A DNA stretch of 64,000 bases from contig CM075996.1 in the NCBI GenBank assembly GCA_038087875.1, forward strand, positions 1,738,001-1,802,000. The letters are read 5' to 3'. The notes beneath the pieces are model-generated. The model was not told the DNA's origin, made no database searches, and saw only the letters and a program-made list of their open reading frames with translations. The stretch comes from Malacoraja senta. Taxonomy: Eukaryota. Below are positions 24,051 to 36,733 of the stretch, in pieces. The position numbers and the translations under genes were made by a program. Position 1 is the stretch's first letter. Each line of letters begins with the position of its first letter.

Positions 24051-24639
24051 ACCTACTTTTGACCTTCTGAGATCTTTTATTCATCGATTGACTGAAAGAT
24101 AGTGTAGAAGAAACAGGCCCTTTGGCCCATCGAGTTAACGCCAACCATCGATCACCTGTTCATACTGGTTGTCATGTATCCGTACACTGTAAACGGCTCG
24201 ATTGGAATCATGTATTGTCCTTCTGCGGTGACTGGTTAGCACGCGACAAAAAGCTTTTCACTGTACCTCGGTACACGTGACAATAAACTGAACTGCAGCT
24301 CGAGTTAGTTCTGCGTTATCTCACTTTCTCATCCACTCCCTACACACTGGGGACAATTTACAGAAGGACCAATCAACCTGCAAACTCCCAAGTCTTTGGG
24401 ATGTGGGAGGAAACTGGAGAACCCGGAGGAAAGCCACACGGCCACACAGGGAATGTGCAAACTCCACACACACACGCAGCGCCCGAGGTTAGGATCGAAC
24501 CCGGGTCGCTAGCACTGTGAGGCCGTGGCTCTAACAGCTGCGTCACTGTGAGACTTCTAATTTAGTCCTTTGATGATGGAAACAGATTCTCCTTATTTAT
24601 TCCCCTCAAACCCTTCATCATTTTGAAATCCCCCGACAG

Positions 24640-24990
24640 GCCTGGATAGAGTGGATGTGGAGAGGATGTTTCCACTAGTGGGAGAGTCCAGGACCAGAGG
24701 TCACAGCCTCAGAATTAAAGGACGTTCCTTTAGAAAGGAGATGAGGAGGAATTTATTTAGACAGAGGGTGGTGAATCTGTGGAATTCTTAGCCACAGAAA
24801 AGGCTGTGGTGTCCAAGTCAGTGGATATATTTAAGGCAGAGATAGATAGATTCTTGATTAGTGCGGGTGTCAGGGGCTATGGGGAGAAGGCAGAAGAATG
24901 GGGTTAGGAGGGTCAGCCACGTTTGAATGGCGGAGTAGACTCGATGGGCCGAATGGCCTAATTCTGCTCCTATGACTTATAAACATGAAC
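24640..24990 (+). mobile_element. CR1 3' fragment
   Basis: GLDRVDVERMFPLVGESRTRGHSLRIKG-type remnant plus tail. Confidence 0.8.
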
Positions 24991-25399
24991 CTATGAGCTT
25001 CACTTGCTGCAAGGACAGTATTATTGACTTTAAATTAATTCCTCTATTACCAGTTCCATAACCCCAGCGCTATTTTAATAAATGACCTTTCAATCCTCAC
25101 CAAGAGAAGGTCCCCACAAGTGAATGCCGAACTAATCCGTGTTGGATGGAGACTTCAAATATATCTGTCTGTGAAGCCAAGGTCCCCGTGCACTAATTAA
25201 ACATCTCTCCAATTTCCGAAAGGTATATGTCTGCAATCGCAACGCTGTATTTTCTCTGAGCTGGAACACTTGGACAGGGTGTTGGGGTCACAAGAGGACT
25301 CCTGTCGTAGTTTCCACAACTGTGTGCGCAGGTTAAACGTTCAACTGAAAGATCAAAGCCACATGTCACGACAACTGCAAACCTATAACGCTGCCATTT

Positions 25400-26232
25400 G
25401 TTTCGAGAGGTCTAGAATGCAAAAGCAGGAACGTAATGCTGAGGCTCGAGACGGCGTTGGTCAGGCCGTATTTGGAATATTGTGAGCAGTTCTGGAGAAG
25501 GCTTACAAGAATGATCCACGGAATGAGTCGGTTAACATACGATGAGCGTTTGGCGGCGTTGGAGTTTAGAAGGATGAGGGGGGGGGCCTCATTGAAACTT
25601 ACGGAATAGTGCAAGACCAGGATCGAGTGGATGTGGAGAGAGGAAGTTTCCACTAGTGGGAGAGTGAAGGACTAGAGGGCACAGCCTCAGAATTAAAGGA
25701 CGTTCCTTTAGGAAGGAGATGAGAAGGAATTTCTTCAGTCAGAGGGCGGTGAATCTGTGGAACTCATTGCCACAGAAGGCTGTGGAGGGCACGTCAGTGG
25801 GTATTTTTAAGGCAGAGATAGATAGATTCTTGATTAGTATGTGTGTCAGGGGTTATGGGGAGAAGGCAGGAGAATAGTGTTGGGAGGGAGAGATAGATCA
25901 GCCATGATTGAACGGCAGAGTAGACTTGATGGGCCGATCGAGGAACAGAGGACATAGGTTTGAGGTGAAGAGGAAAAGATTTAATAATAATCTGAGGGGT
26001 AGCATTTTCACACAAAGGGTGGTGGGTGTATGGAACGAGCTGCTAGAGGAGGTAGGTGAGGCAGGGACTAACCCAACATTTAAGAAACATTTAGACAGGT
26101 ACATGGATAGGACAGGTTTGGAGGGATATGGGTCAAACGCAGGCAGGTGGGACTAGTGTAGATGGGACATGTTGGTCGGTGTGGGCAAGTTGGGCCGAAG
26201 GGCCTGTTTCCACATCGTATGGCTCTATGACT
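25400..26232 (+). mobile_element. Two adjoining decayed CR1 3' fragments of different subfamilies
   Basis: ORF2 remnants with two distinct 3' tails. Confidence 0.75.
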
Positions 26233-27094
26233 ATGTGCTGGAGTAACTCAGCATTTCTGGAGAACATTGATAAGTGAGGTGTCAGGTCAGGAACCTTGTT
26301 CAGACATCGTCCTGAAGCACTTTGTGTTTGAGTGTGTGTGCAGCTGTTGGCCAACACCTTGTCCACACAGCCTTGTTTTGAGGGCACATCTAGACTAGAT
26401 GTAGGCAAAGGAGGATCCTCGTTTAAACCCAGCCCAACCCCTCATACACATCTAGCCCAGGGCCACGTCCAACTAGACCAGTACTATCCCCTGCCCTAAA
26501 TAACATCAGTGAACTCAACGTAGATTGGATATTGAACCAACGACTTTCAGATTGTTCCAATTGATCTTTAATTAATTGCAATTTATTGCCTGGGACCAAT
26601 TCTGAGCCTGCCTGCCCAGCAGACCTTTTAGTTTTAGTTATGTTTTAGTTTAGTTTAGTTTAGAGATATAAGTTCAAGTTCAAGTGAGTTTATTGTCATG
26701 TGTCCCTGATAGGACAATGAAATTCTTGCTTTGCTTCAGCACAACAGAACATAGTAGGCATTGACTCCAAAACAGATCAGTGTGTCAATATACCATTCTA
26801 TAAATATATACACACATGAATACACTACAGCGCAGAAACAGGCCCTTCGGCCCACCGAATCCACGGCATCCAGCGATCCCCGCATATTAACACACCCGGG
26901 ACAATTTACCTTTACACCAAGCCAATTAACCTACAAACCTGTACGTCTTTGGAGTGTGGGAGGAAACCGAAGATCTCAGAGAAAACCCACGCGGGTCACG
27001 TTGAGAAGGTACAAACTCCGTACAGACAGCACCCGTAGTCGGGATCGAACCCGGGTCTCCGGCGCTGTGAGGCAGTAGCGCCACCGTGACGCAC

Positions 27095-27385
27095 TTTATT
27101 TAGCATCTTTTGTCAAACACCAAAGCACCTTACAACCAGTGAAAGATTTTAGAAGAGCAATTAGTCTTGAAATATGGGAGGCTCATCAATCTGCTTCTAT
27201 AGACCCAGCTCCCTCATTAGCGACACACACTGCCTTGGCAGTGTTGGTTCTGGGAATAAAAGTTGGCCAGAACATCAAGGAAATTGTCTCTGGTCTTCTT
27301 TGAAAGAGTAGAATTTTCTACAAAGGCTTGAGAAAATATTTGGTTTAAGATCCCGTTTGAAAGTCCACCATTTCTGGCAGTGCCT
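27095..27385 (-). mobile_element. Ancient DeuSINE-like relic
   Basis: gttgg..ctgggaataaaagttggccagaacatc.....ctggtcttctttgaaa....ggtttaa...gaaag..cacc...gcagtgc resembles the reverse complement of the Deu domain, recognised from memory. Confidence 0.5.
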
Positions 27386-27761
27386 AGTGGGATTCGAACC
27401 CAGGGCAAAACACAAAGTGGTGGTGTAGATTAGCGGGCCAGGCAGTATCTCTGGAGAGGTGTATGAAATCATGAGAGGAATAGATCTGGTAGATGCACAG
27501 AGTCTCTTGCCCAGAGTAGGGGAATCGAGGACCAGAGGACATAGGTTTAAGGTGAATGGGAAAATATTTAATAGGAACCTGAGCAGATAACCTTTTCATA
27601 CAAAGGGTGGTGGGTGTATGGAACGAGCTGCCAGAGGAGGTAGTTGAGGCAGTTAAGAAACAGTTAGACAGGTACATGGATAGGATAGATTTGGAGGATT
27701 ACGAGCCAAATGCCGGCAGGTGGGACTAGTGTAGATGGGACATGTTGGTTGTTGTGGGCAA

Positions 27762-28412
27762 ATAAAACAATTCCTCCACTTTGATGACCTGGAAAAGATC
27801 ATCCACACATTCATCTCCTCCCGCCTAGATTACTGCAACTCCCTTTACACTGGCATCAGCCAATCTTCCCTGTCCCGCCTGCAACTGGTCCAAAACGCCG
27901 CAGCGAGACTCCTGACGGGCACCCGAAAAAGGGACCACATCACCCCGATCCTGGTCTCTCTCCACTGGCTCCCCGTGTGGTTCCGTATACATTTCAAGAT
28001 CCTCCTCTATGTCTACAAAGCCCTCAATGGGCTTGCCCCCACCTACATTAAAAGTCTTCTCACCCACCACTCCACCTCCAGGTCCCTCAGATCGGCCGAC
28101 TTGGGGTTACTGAATATCCCGCGGTCTAGGCATAAGCTCAGGGGCGACCGCGCCTTTGCGGTTGCAGCCCCTAGACTGTGGAACAGCATCCCCCTTCCCA
28201 TCAGAACTGCCCCCTCCATCGACTCCTTTAAGTCAAGACTAAAGACTTATCTATACTCCCAAGCCTTTCTTGACGTCCTCTGAGTGAGGGCTACATGTAT
28301 ATATGTATGTAGTTTGTTTGTTTATATTATTCTTATAACAAATGTAAAGCACTTTGGCCAACGAGAGTTGTTTTTTAAATGTGCTATATAGATAAATGTG
28401 ACCTGACTTGAC
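27762..28412 (+). mobile_element. L2 LINE 3' fragment with open ORF2 C-terminus, inserted in a CR1 tail
   Basis: FISSRLDYCNSL...LQLVQNAAARLLT...HITPILVSLHWLPV...GDRAFAVAAPRLWNSIP; tail gtgctatatagataaa followed by (gactt)n. Confidence 0.9.
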
Positions 28413-28609
28413 TTGGGCCGAAGGGCCTGTTTCCACGCTGGATCACTCTGTGACTCTATAACATGGATAGGTGATGTTTCGGGTCAGGATCCTTCTTCAG
28501 ATCCCATACTGACTTGCTCTACCCTTCACACTCTCAGGTAGTGACTGGGTTGGATAGTGGCTTTGGGGTTTGATACAGTGGTAGAGTTGGCAAACAGAAG
28601 GTCCATAAC

Positions 28610-28955
28610 AAGACGATACGGTAGAACTTTATTTATCCCAAGAGGGAAATTAATCTGCCAACAGTCATAAAACACTAGGTACATGAAATTAAAGTGAAGA
28701 GTGGGAAGGATTGGGGATGTGCAAAGATTGTGTGTGTGTGTGGGGGGGGGGGGGGTGAGGGGAGTCAGTCTATCCCACGACAGAAGGGGGGGGGGAGTTG
28801 TACAGTTTGATAGCCACAGGGAAGAAGGATCTCTTGTGGCGTTCTGTGCTGCATCTTGGTGGGAACCAGTCTGTTGCTGAAGGTGCTCCTCAGGTTGACC
28901 AGTGTGTCGTGGAGGGGGTGAGCTGTATTGTCCAGGATGCTCCGCAGTTTGAGGA
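28610..28955 (-). mobile_element. Rex1/Babar-like LINE 3' fragment
   Basis: LLKLRSILDNTAHPLHDTLVNLRSTFSNRLVP...; 3' end gggataaataaagtt. Confidence 0.7.
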
Positions 28956-29449
28956 GCATCCCCCCCCTCCAAGACCAACCTCCCCATGAATCCAACTCCA
29001 ACTCCGCCCCCAGGACGGAGCCAGCCTTCCTGAAGAGGAGTCGAGTGTCTCCAAGTAGCGCTTGCCAAGCACCGAGTGTTGCTGGTGAAGATTAATTCCT
29101 CTCCACACTGCGGTCTGACATTTCCCAGAGTGACCAACCCTGCTGAATATTTTTAGCTCTTGGTTGATGCATTGCCAAGCGAGCACTGTGTGGGAAGTGC
29201 AGACACTTGCATCAATACAGCTGAACAACTGCCACCATTAATCTGAGAGTGTTCAGCGGTCTTGGGTTTGGCTGGCTGGCCCAGTGTTTGAGCCGACAAC
29301 CTTAAACACTGACCCCAAACCTCACCCACTCTCCACAGATGCTGCCCGACCCGCTGGGTTACTCCAGCACATTGTGGCTTTTTTTGTGAACCAGCATCTA
29401 CAGTTCCTTGTTTCTACGTCTGACTGTCTACCTCAATCTATGGCTGACA

Positions 29450-29870
29450 TTCAAGTCAAGTCACTTTTATTTCTATAGCACATTTAAAAAACAACTCTCG
29501 TTGACCAAAGTGCTTTACATTGGTGGAGATACTAACGTTATACAACAGTGGTTCATAGATTAAATACAAACATCACTACATACATACAGCCCTCGCTCAG
29601 AGGACGTCAAAAAAGACTTGGGAGTAGAGATGAGTTTTAAGTCTTGACTTAAAGGAGTCGATGGAAGGGGCAGTTCTGATGGGAAGGGGGATGCTGTTAC
29701 ACAGTCTAGGAGCTGCAACCGCAAAGACCCGGTCGCCCCTGAGCTTATGCCTAGACCGCGGGATGTTCAGTAACCCCAAGTCGGCCGATCTGATGGACCT
29801 GGAGGTGGTGCGGTGGGTAAGCAGACCTTTGATGTAGGTGGGGGCGAGCCCGTTAAGGGCTTTGTAGACA
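29450..29870 (-). mobile_element. L2 LINE 3' fragment (same family as 27762-28412)
   Basis: LLNIPRSRHKLRGDRVFAVAAPRLCNSIPLPIRTAPSIDSFKSRLKT. Confidence 0.85.
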
Positions 29871-30191
29871 CTCAGCTCTTCAAGCGATGATCAATAACAT
29901 TCTGTTAACTCTCCCTATTACTCTCTGGACCTGCAAACAGCTACTTGTAACTCAGTCAGGAGGCCCAGAATCTTCTGTATCCAGACTGCATTCTCTCACC
30001 TTTCAGACAATGTGCTTCATTTTTTTTTCTTTTTTCTTGCTAAAAATGAACAGTTTATCGTTTTCACCTTTATCTTCATTTCCTCACCCATTTAACTTAC
30101 CACCAATCCTTCTTGCCTCATCACAACTTACTTTCCCAATAAGCTTAGCATCATCAGTAATTATAGCAACTACAACCCTTCCTTTTAGTAC

Positions 30192-30500
30192 AGTTTAGTT
30201 TAGAGATACAGCACACAAACTGGCCCTTCGGCCCATCGAGTCCGAACCGACTAGCGATCCCCGCTCATCAACACTGCCCTACACTAGGGATATTTTTTAT
30301 ATTTATACCAAGCCAATTAACCTACAAACCTGTACAATTTTGGAGTGTGGGAGGAAACCAAAGATCTGGGAGAAAAACCGCACAGGTCATGGGGAGAACG
30401 TGCAAACTCCGTACAGGCAGCACCCGTAGTCAGGATCGAACCCGGGTCTCTGGCGCTTTACATGCTGTAGGCAGCAACTCTACCGTTGCGCCACTGCGCT
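30192..30500 (-). mobile_element. V-SINE (HE1-like)
   Basis: Reverse-strand match to the other SINE copies. Confidence 0.8.
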
Positions 30501-30799
30501 GTCATAGAGTCATGCAGCTTGGAAACAGGCCCAAAGTGCTGGAGTAATTCAGGGGGTCAGGCAGCATCTCCGGAGAACATGGATAGGTGACGTTTCAGGT
30601 TGGGACATTTCCTCAGACCCCATAAGACATTTATCCATTTTCTCCAGATTTGCTGCCTGACCCGTTGAGTTACTCCAGCACTTTGTGTCTATCTTTGGTA
30701 TAAAACAGCATCTGCAGTTATTTTCATTATATTTTGTCCTCCTAAGACAGAATGCCATCCATAGGAAAAAAAAAGCCCCTGACCACAAGAGTAAATACA

Positions 30800-31268
30800 T
30801 TTACGAGCATGCTGCAAGGACTAGAGGGTGTGAGCGATTGGTTAAGTAGGCTGGGACTCTATTCCTTGGAGCACAGGAGGATGAGGGGTGATCTTGTAGA
30901 GGTGTATAAGATAATGAGAGGAATATATCAGGTAGACGCACAGAGTCTCTTGCCCAGAGTAGGTGAATCGAGGATCAGAGGACATAGGTTTAAGGTAATG
31001 GGGAAAAGATTTAATAGGAAACTGAGGGGTAGCTTTTTTACACAAAGGGTGGTGGGTGTATGGAACGAGCTGCCAGAGGAGGTAGTTGAGGGTGTGACTA
31101 TCCCAACATTTAAGAAGCAGTAAGACGGGTACATGGATAGGACGGGTTTGGAGGGATATGGACCAAACGCGGGCAGGTGGGACTAGTGTAGCTGGGACAT
31201 TGTTGGCCGGTGGGGGCAAGTTGGGCCGAAGGGCCTGTTTCCACGCTGTATCACTCTATGAATCTATG
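30800..31268 (+). mobile_element. CR1 3' fragment (subfamily sharing its tail with the V-SINE)
   Basis: LGLYSLEHRRMRGDLVEVYKIMRG...FFTQRVVGVWNELP; gggccgaagggcctgtttcc tail. Confidence 0.85.
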
Positions 31269-31561
31269 GCTTTATACGCACACAGACATCTCAAGTCTTC
31301 TTCAGAAATGATCTACTTCTGAAGGGACCACAGATCCACCATTCATCATCATCAAACCCTCAGTTCCTCCCTCCTTGGTTAGTCATAAGGTCATAAGGAA
31401 TAGGAGCAGAATTAGGCCATTCGGCCCATCACGTCTACTCCGCCATCTAATAATGGCTGATCTATCTCTCCCTCCTAACCCCGTTCTCCTCCCTTGTCCC
31501 CATAACCCCTGACACCTGACACCAGCACTAATCAAGAATCCATCATTACGATAAGCCAGAG

Positions 31562-32020
31562 ACACTTTCTTGATTACAGTTTAATAACTGCGAAAAAATT
31601 AATACTTAAATTTTGGAAAAAAACAGCACCCCCCACAATTGAAATGTGGATTACAGAAATGACCGAGACCTTGCATTTGGAAAAAATAAGATTTGTCTTA
31701 ATTGACAAACCAGAACTATTTTTTTAAAATATGGTCTCCATTTATTGAATTTAAAAAAAAAAGTTAACTGGTTTAACACAAAATTTAAAGTCAAAACTTG
31801 TGTTTAGGGTTGGATGGACAACTATACTCAATATCTCCAGGATCTATCTCCACAACCTTTATATTTGTAATCTCCTTTCTTTCTATTAGTTTATAGTTTT
31901 TCTTCTCTTTCTTTCTTTCTTTTCTTTAAATTTTTTTTTTTAATTGAAGCTATGTAAGGACTCTGTAACCAATTTGTCGTTTATTACTATTTGTACGTAT
32001 GCTTTTAATAAAAATATATA
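31562..32020 (+). mobile_element. L1-like LINE 3' end
   Basis: Encodes LITAKKLILKFWKK..PPTIEMWITEMTETLHLEKIRFVLIDKPELF; AATAAA near 32007. Confidence 0.65.
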
Positions 32021-33399
32021 TTTTTTAAAGTAATCCATCAATAGGAAAGAACTGCAAATAGCAAATACAAAACCAATTTTTTCACGGTACCTTGGTACAT
32101 GTGAGAATAACAAACCTAAACCCGATTCACTCATTTGGAGCCACAGATTTAGTTTCGTTTAGTTTTGAGATAGTGTGGAAAGTGGCCCTTCAGCCCATTC
32201 AGTCCACACTGACTAGCAATCACCCGTACACTAAGATAGACACAAAAAGCTGGGGTGGTTCAGTGGGTCAGGCAGCATCTCTGGAGAAATGGAACAGGTG
32301 ACGCTTCTAGTCGAGACCCTTCTTCAGACTCGTTCTATTTTACACACTGGGGACAATTTCACAGAAGCCAATTAACCTACAAACCTGCACGTCTTTCGAG
32401 TGTGGGGGGGAACCCGGAGCGCCTGGAGAAAACCCACGCAGGTCACGGGGAGAACGTGGAAACTCCGTCCAGACAGCACCCGCAGTCAGGATTGAACCCG
32501 GGTCCCTGGCGCTGTGAGGCAGCAGCTCTACCCGCTGCGCCCCACCGTGCCGCCCCTCAGCCGGATTGAATCCTGCCTTTTAAACCAGGGCACGTACAAC
32601 AAATGCAATGGGAACCAGCTGTGGTTCAATGCCAGATGGAAGCAAACCATCTTCCTTTATCTCAATGCGTACTTTGAACGTGCAAAAACTGACACTGAGA
32701 CACACGAGCCCAGAGGTATCAAAGAGGAGTATTCATTCTGTTCACCCGATGTGCTGGATGGAGGTGTATGGTATCTGTGGCAGCCATCTGTTACTGTGCA
32801 GCTTGTGAAAACATACACCTCCTGAAATATTTCTACATTCTCAGCAAGTGCTTAAGTATTGTTTGCTTTGCTCCAGCTTATTGAGTTTCCTCATTGAGAG
32901 TCGAGAGTGTTTCATTGTCATATGTGCTGGCAGCTGAACAATGGAGTTCTTGCTTGCTGCAGCTTAACAGGTCCACAGCCACACGCAGATAAATATATAA
33001 TAATCAATAATATGATAAATTAATAACTGTAATTAGGTAACCGCAACAGTACAAAAACAACATGAACCTGAGGACATATGTTTAAGATGAGGGAGGATAG
33101 ATTTAATTGGAAATTGAGGGGTAACTTTTCACACAGAGGGTGGCGGGTGTATGGAACGAGCTGCCGGAGGAGGTAGTTGAGGCCGGGACTATCCCAACGT
33201 TTAGAAAACAGCTGGACAGGTACATGGATAGGACAGGTTTAGAGGGATATGGGCCAAACGCAGGCAGGTGGGACTAGTGTAGATGGGGCATGCTGGTCCG
33301 CGTGGGCAAGTTGGGCCGAAGGGCTTGTTTCCTCGCTGTATCACTCTATGACTATGTATGACTCTAAACAAGGAACTGCAGATGCCGGTTTATAAAAAA

Positions 33400-33748
33400 G
33401 TGCTGGAGTAACTCAGCGGGCCAGGCAGCATCTGTGGAGAACATGGATAGGTGACGTTTCACAGAGTGCTGGAGTAACTCAGCGGGTCAGGCAGCATCTG
33501 TGGAGAACATGGATAGATGACGTTTCACAGAGTGCTGGAGTAACTCAGCGGGTCAGGCAGCATCTGTGGAGAACATGGATAGATGACGTTTCACAGAGTG
33601 CTGGAGTAACTCAGCGGGTCAGGCAGCATCTGTGGAGAACATGGATAGGTGACGTTTCACAGAGTGCTGGAGTAACTCAGCGGGTCAGGCAGCATCTCTG
33701 GAGAACATGGATAGGTGACGTTTCAGGTCGGGACCCTTCTTCAGACTC
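33400..33748 (-). repeat. Five-unit 66-bp tandem array at a Penelope-like terminus
   Basis: Units start at 33400, 33466, 33532, 33598 and 33664; a hammerhead core lies on the minus strand at the right end. Confidence 0.9.
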
Positions 33749-34208
33749 ACTGATGAGGTTATTGGCGTAGTTTCTTGCAGCCTGGACTAATAATCCATGC
33801 ACATAAATTCAAATCCCTTTTGGGCTACTGGGGAATATCAGCTTGATCCAGTATTATAAATCTTTGTCAGGGTGACCTTGATACAATCAGACGCTTGTCA
33901 AAATCCACATTGTTCACTAACCTCATAGAAAACATAGAATAAAATAGTTGGAGGAGTAGGCCATTCGGCCCTTCGAGCCAGCACGCGCCATTCAATATGA
34001 TCATGTCTGATCATCTAAAATGAGTAGGTAGACAAAATTGCTGGAGAAACTCAGCGGGTACGGCAGCATCTATGGAGCGAAGGAAATGGGCAACGTTTCG
34101 GCCCGAAACGTTGCCTATTTCCTTCGCTCCATAGATGCTGCCGTACCGTTAAGTTTCTCCAGCATTTTTGTCTACCTTCGATTTTCCAGCATCTGCAGTT
34201 CCTTCCTG

Positions 34209-35291
34209 AACATAGAAACATAGAAACATAGAAAATAGGTGCAGGAGTAGGCCATTCGGCCCTTCGAGCCTGCACCGCCATTTGATATGATCATGGCTGA
34301 TCATCCAACTCAGTATCCCATCCCTGCCTTCTCTCCATACCCCCTGATCCCTTTAGCCACAAGGGCCACATCTAACTCCCTCTTAAATATAGCCAATGAA
34401 CTGGCCTCAACTACCTTCTGTGGCAGAGAATTCCACAGATTAACCACTCTCTGTGTAAAAAATGATTTTCTCATCTCGGTCCTAAAAGTCTTCCCTCTTA
34501 TCCTTAAACTGTGACCCCTAGTTCTGGACTTCCCCAACATCGGGAATAATCTTCCTGCATCTAGCCTGTCCAACCCCTTAAGAATTTTGTAAGTTTCTAT
34601 AAGATCCCCCCTCAGTCTTCTGAATTCCAACGTGTACAAGCCGAGTCTATCCAGTCTTCCCTCATATGAAAGTCCTGCCATCCCAGGAATCAGTCTGGTG
34701 AACCTTCTCTGTATTCCCTCTATGGCAAGAATGTCTTTCCTCAGATTAGGAGACCAAAACTGTACGCAATACTCCAGGTGTGGTCTCACCAAGACCCTGT
34801 ACAACTGCAGTAGAACCTCCCTGCTCTTATACTCAAATCCTTTTGCTATGAATGCTAACATACCATTCGCTTTCTTCACTGCCTGCTGCACCTGCATTCC
34901 TACTTTCAATGACTGGTGTACCATGACACCCAGGTCTCGTTGCATCTCCCTTTTCCTAATCGGCCACCATTCAGATAATATTCTACTTTCCTGTTTTTGC
35001 CACCAAAGTGGATAACCTCACATTTATCCACATTATACTGCATCTGCCATGCCTTTTGCCCACTCACCCAACCTATCCAAGTCACCTTGCAGCCTCCTAG
35101 CATCCTCCTCACAGCTAACACTGCCCCCCAGCTTCGTGTCATCCGCAAACCTGGAGATGTTGCAGTCAATTCCCTCATCCAGATCATTAATATATATTGT
35201 AAATAGCTGGGATCCCAGCACTGAGCCTTGCGGTACCCCACTAGTCACTGCCTGCCATTGTGAAAAGGACCCGTTTACTCCTACTCTTTGC
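34209..35291 (-). mobile_element. Largest CR1 fragment: RT domain C-terminal half and 3' tail, frameshifted
   Basis: [10 protein letters not shown]...YINDL...[25 protein letters not shown] and LVRPHLEYCVQFWSP in three frames. Confidence 0.92.
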
Positions 35292-35489
35292 ATCTCCTAC
35301 ATCTAAAATCTGTACCTCGTTCCTGCTTTTTCTTCCCCCATATCCCTCGATTCCTTTGGCCCTAAGAGCTAAATGTAACTCTCGCCATCAGAACCGGGAT
35401 CTGCTGTCTATCTGGTCTGGTCCACGTGTGACTTGGTACCCACCAACATGGTTAACGCTTCCCATTACCCACCAACCTCCTCCACGGCT

Positions 35490-36216
35490 AGAGTGAGGCC
35501 ACACTCAAACTGGAGGAGCAGCACCTCGTATTCCGCTTGGGCAGTTGACAACCCAGTGGTATGAGCGTACAACTCTCCAATTTCCAGTAGTATCCCTCCT
35601 CACTTTCCCCTGCACTAACCCCAGTGTACACATTTCTCTCACCATCTCCCACCATCCAAGTCACCCTGCTCCTTTCCCCTCCTCCATATGTCCATCTCCC
35701 ATCCCCGAGTCCCCCATCTTCTCTCCCCCTCTGCCGTCCCCTCCCACCAATCTCCCTCCCTCCAGCTTCACATTCCACTCCTCCTCTTCACTCCTTTTGT
35801 CTCCTTTTCACCTCCAGCCTTTGATACTTACTCCACCCATCCTCAAGGTATGCCTACTTTGAAGAGGTTCTCCTCCTCTCTCCAAAGAGTTTAACAACCT
35901 CCTCTCTCATTGCCCCCCCTCCCTCCTCTGCATGGCCAGAGTGAGTCCCACTGTAAATTGGAGGAACAGCACCTCATATTTCGCTTGGGCAGTTTGCACC
36001 CCAGCGGTATGAACATTGACTTCTCCAATTACAGGTAGTCCCTGCTTTCTCCTCCCCTTCTCAGCTCTCCCTCAGCCCACTGGCTCATCCTCTTCCTTTC
36101 TTCTCCCCCCCCCCCCTCACATCAGTCTGAAGAAGGGTCTCTACCCGAAACGTTACCTATTTCCTTCGCTCCACAGATGCTGCCTCACCCGCTGAGTTTC
36201 TCCAGCATTTTTGTCC
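35490..36216 (+). mobile_element. Two Penelope-like 3' fragments (GIY-YIG C-terminus, pyrimidine-rich UTR, hammerhead terminus at 36127-36154)
   Basis: Encodes KLEEQHLIFRLGSLHPSGMNIDFSN, then ctgaagaagggtctctacccgaaacgtt. Confidence 0.75.
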
Positions 36217-36234
36217 ACCCGTCTGCCTCATCTC

Positions 36235-36690
36235 TCACCTGTATCCACCTATCACTCACCTGTATCCACCTATCACTCACCTGTATCCACCTGTCACTCA
36301 CCTGTATCCACCTATCACTCACCTGTATCCACCTATCACTCACCTGTATCCACCACACTCACCTGTATCCACCCATCACACCTGTATCCACCCATCACTC
36401 ACCTGTATCCACCCCTCACTCACCTGTATCCACCCCTCACTCACCTGTATCCACCCCTCACTCACCTGTATCCACCCCTCACTCACCTGTATCCACCCCT
36501 CACTCACCTGTATCCACCCCTCACTCACCTGTATCCACCCCTCACTCACCTGTATCCACCCCTCACTCACCTGTATCCACCCCTCACTCACCTGTATCCA
36601 CCTATTACTCACCTGTATCCACCTATTACTCACCTGTATCCACCCCTCACTCACCTGTATCCACCTATTACTCACCTGTATCCACCTATC
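36235..36690 (+). repeat. 21-bp minisatellite (cactcacctgtatccacc[cct/tat])
   Basis: About 20 tandem units directly visible. Confidence 0.95.
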
Positions 36691-36733
36691 AATTGCCAGG
36701 CATTCTCCCGCCCCACCTCCCTTCTCCACGTTT

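Noticed and set aside
33400..33748. CRISPR-like array
   Set aside because: Units are contiguous 66-bp tandem copies with no unique spacers, the context is eukaryotic, and there are no cas genes.
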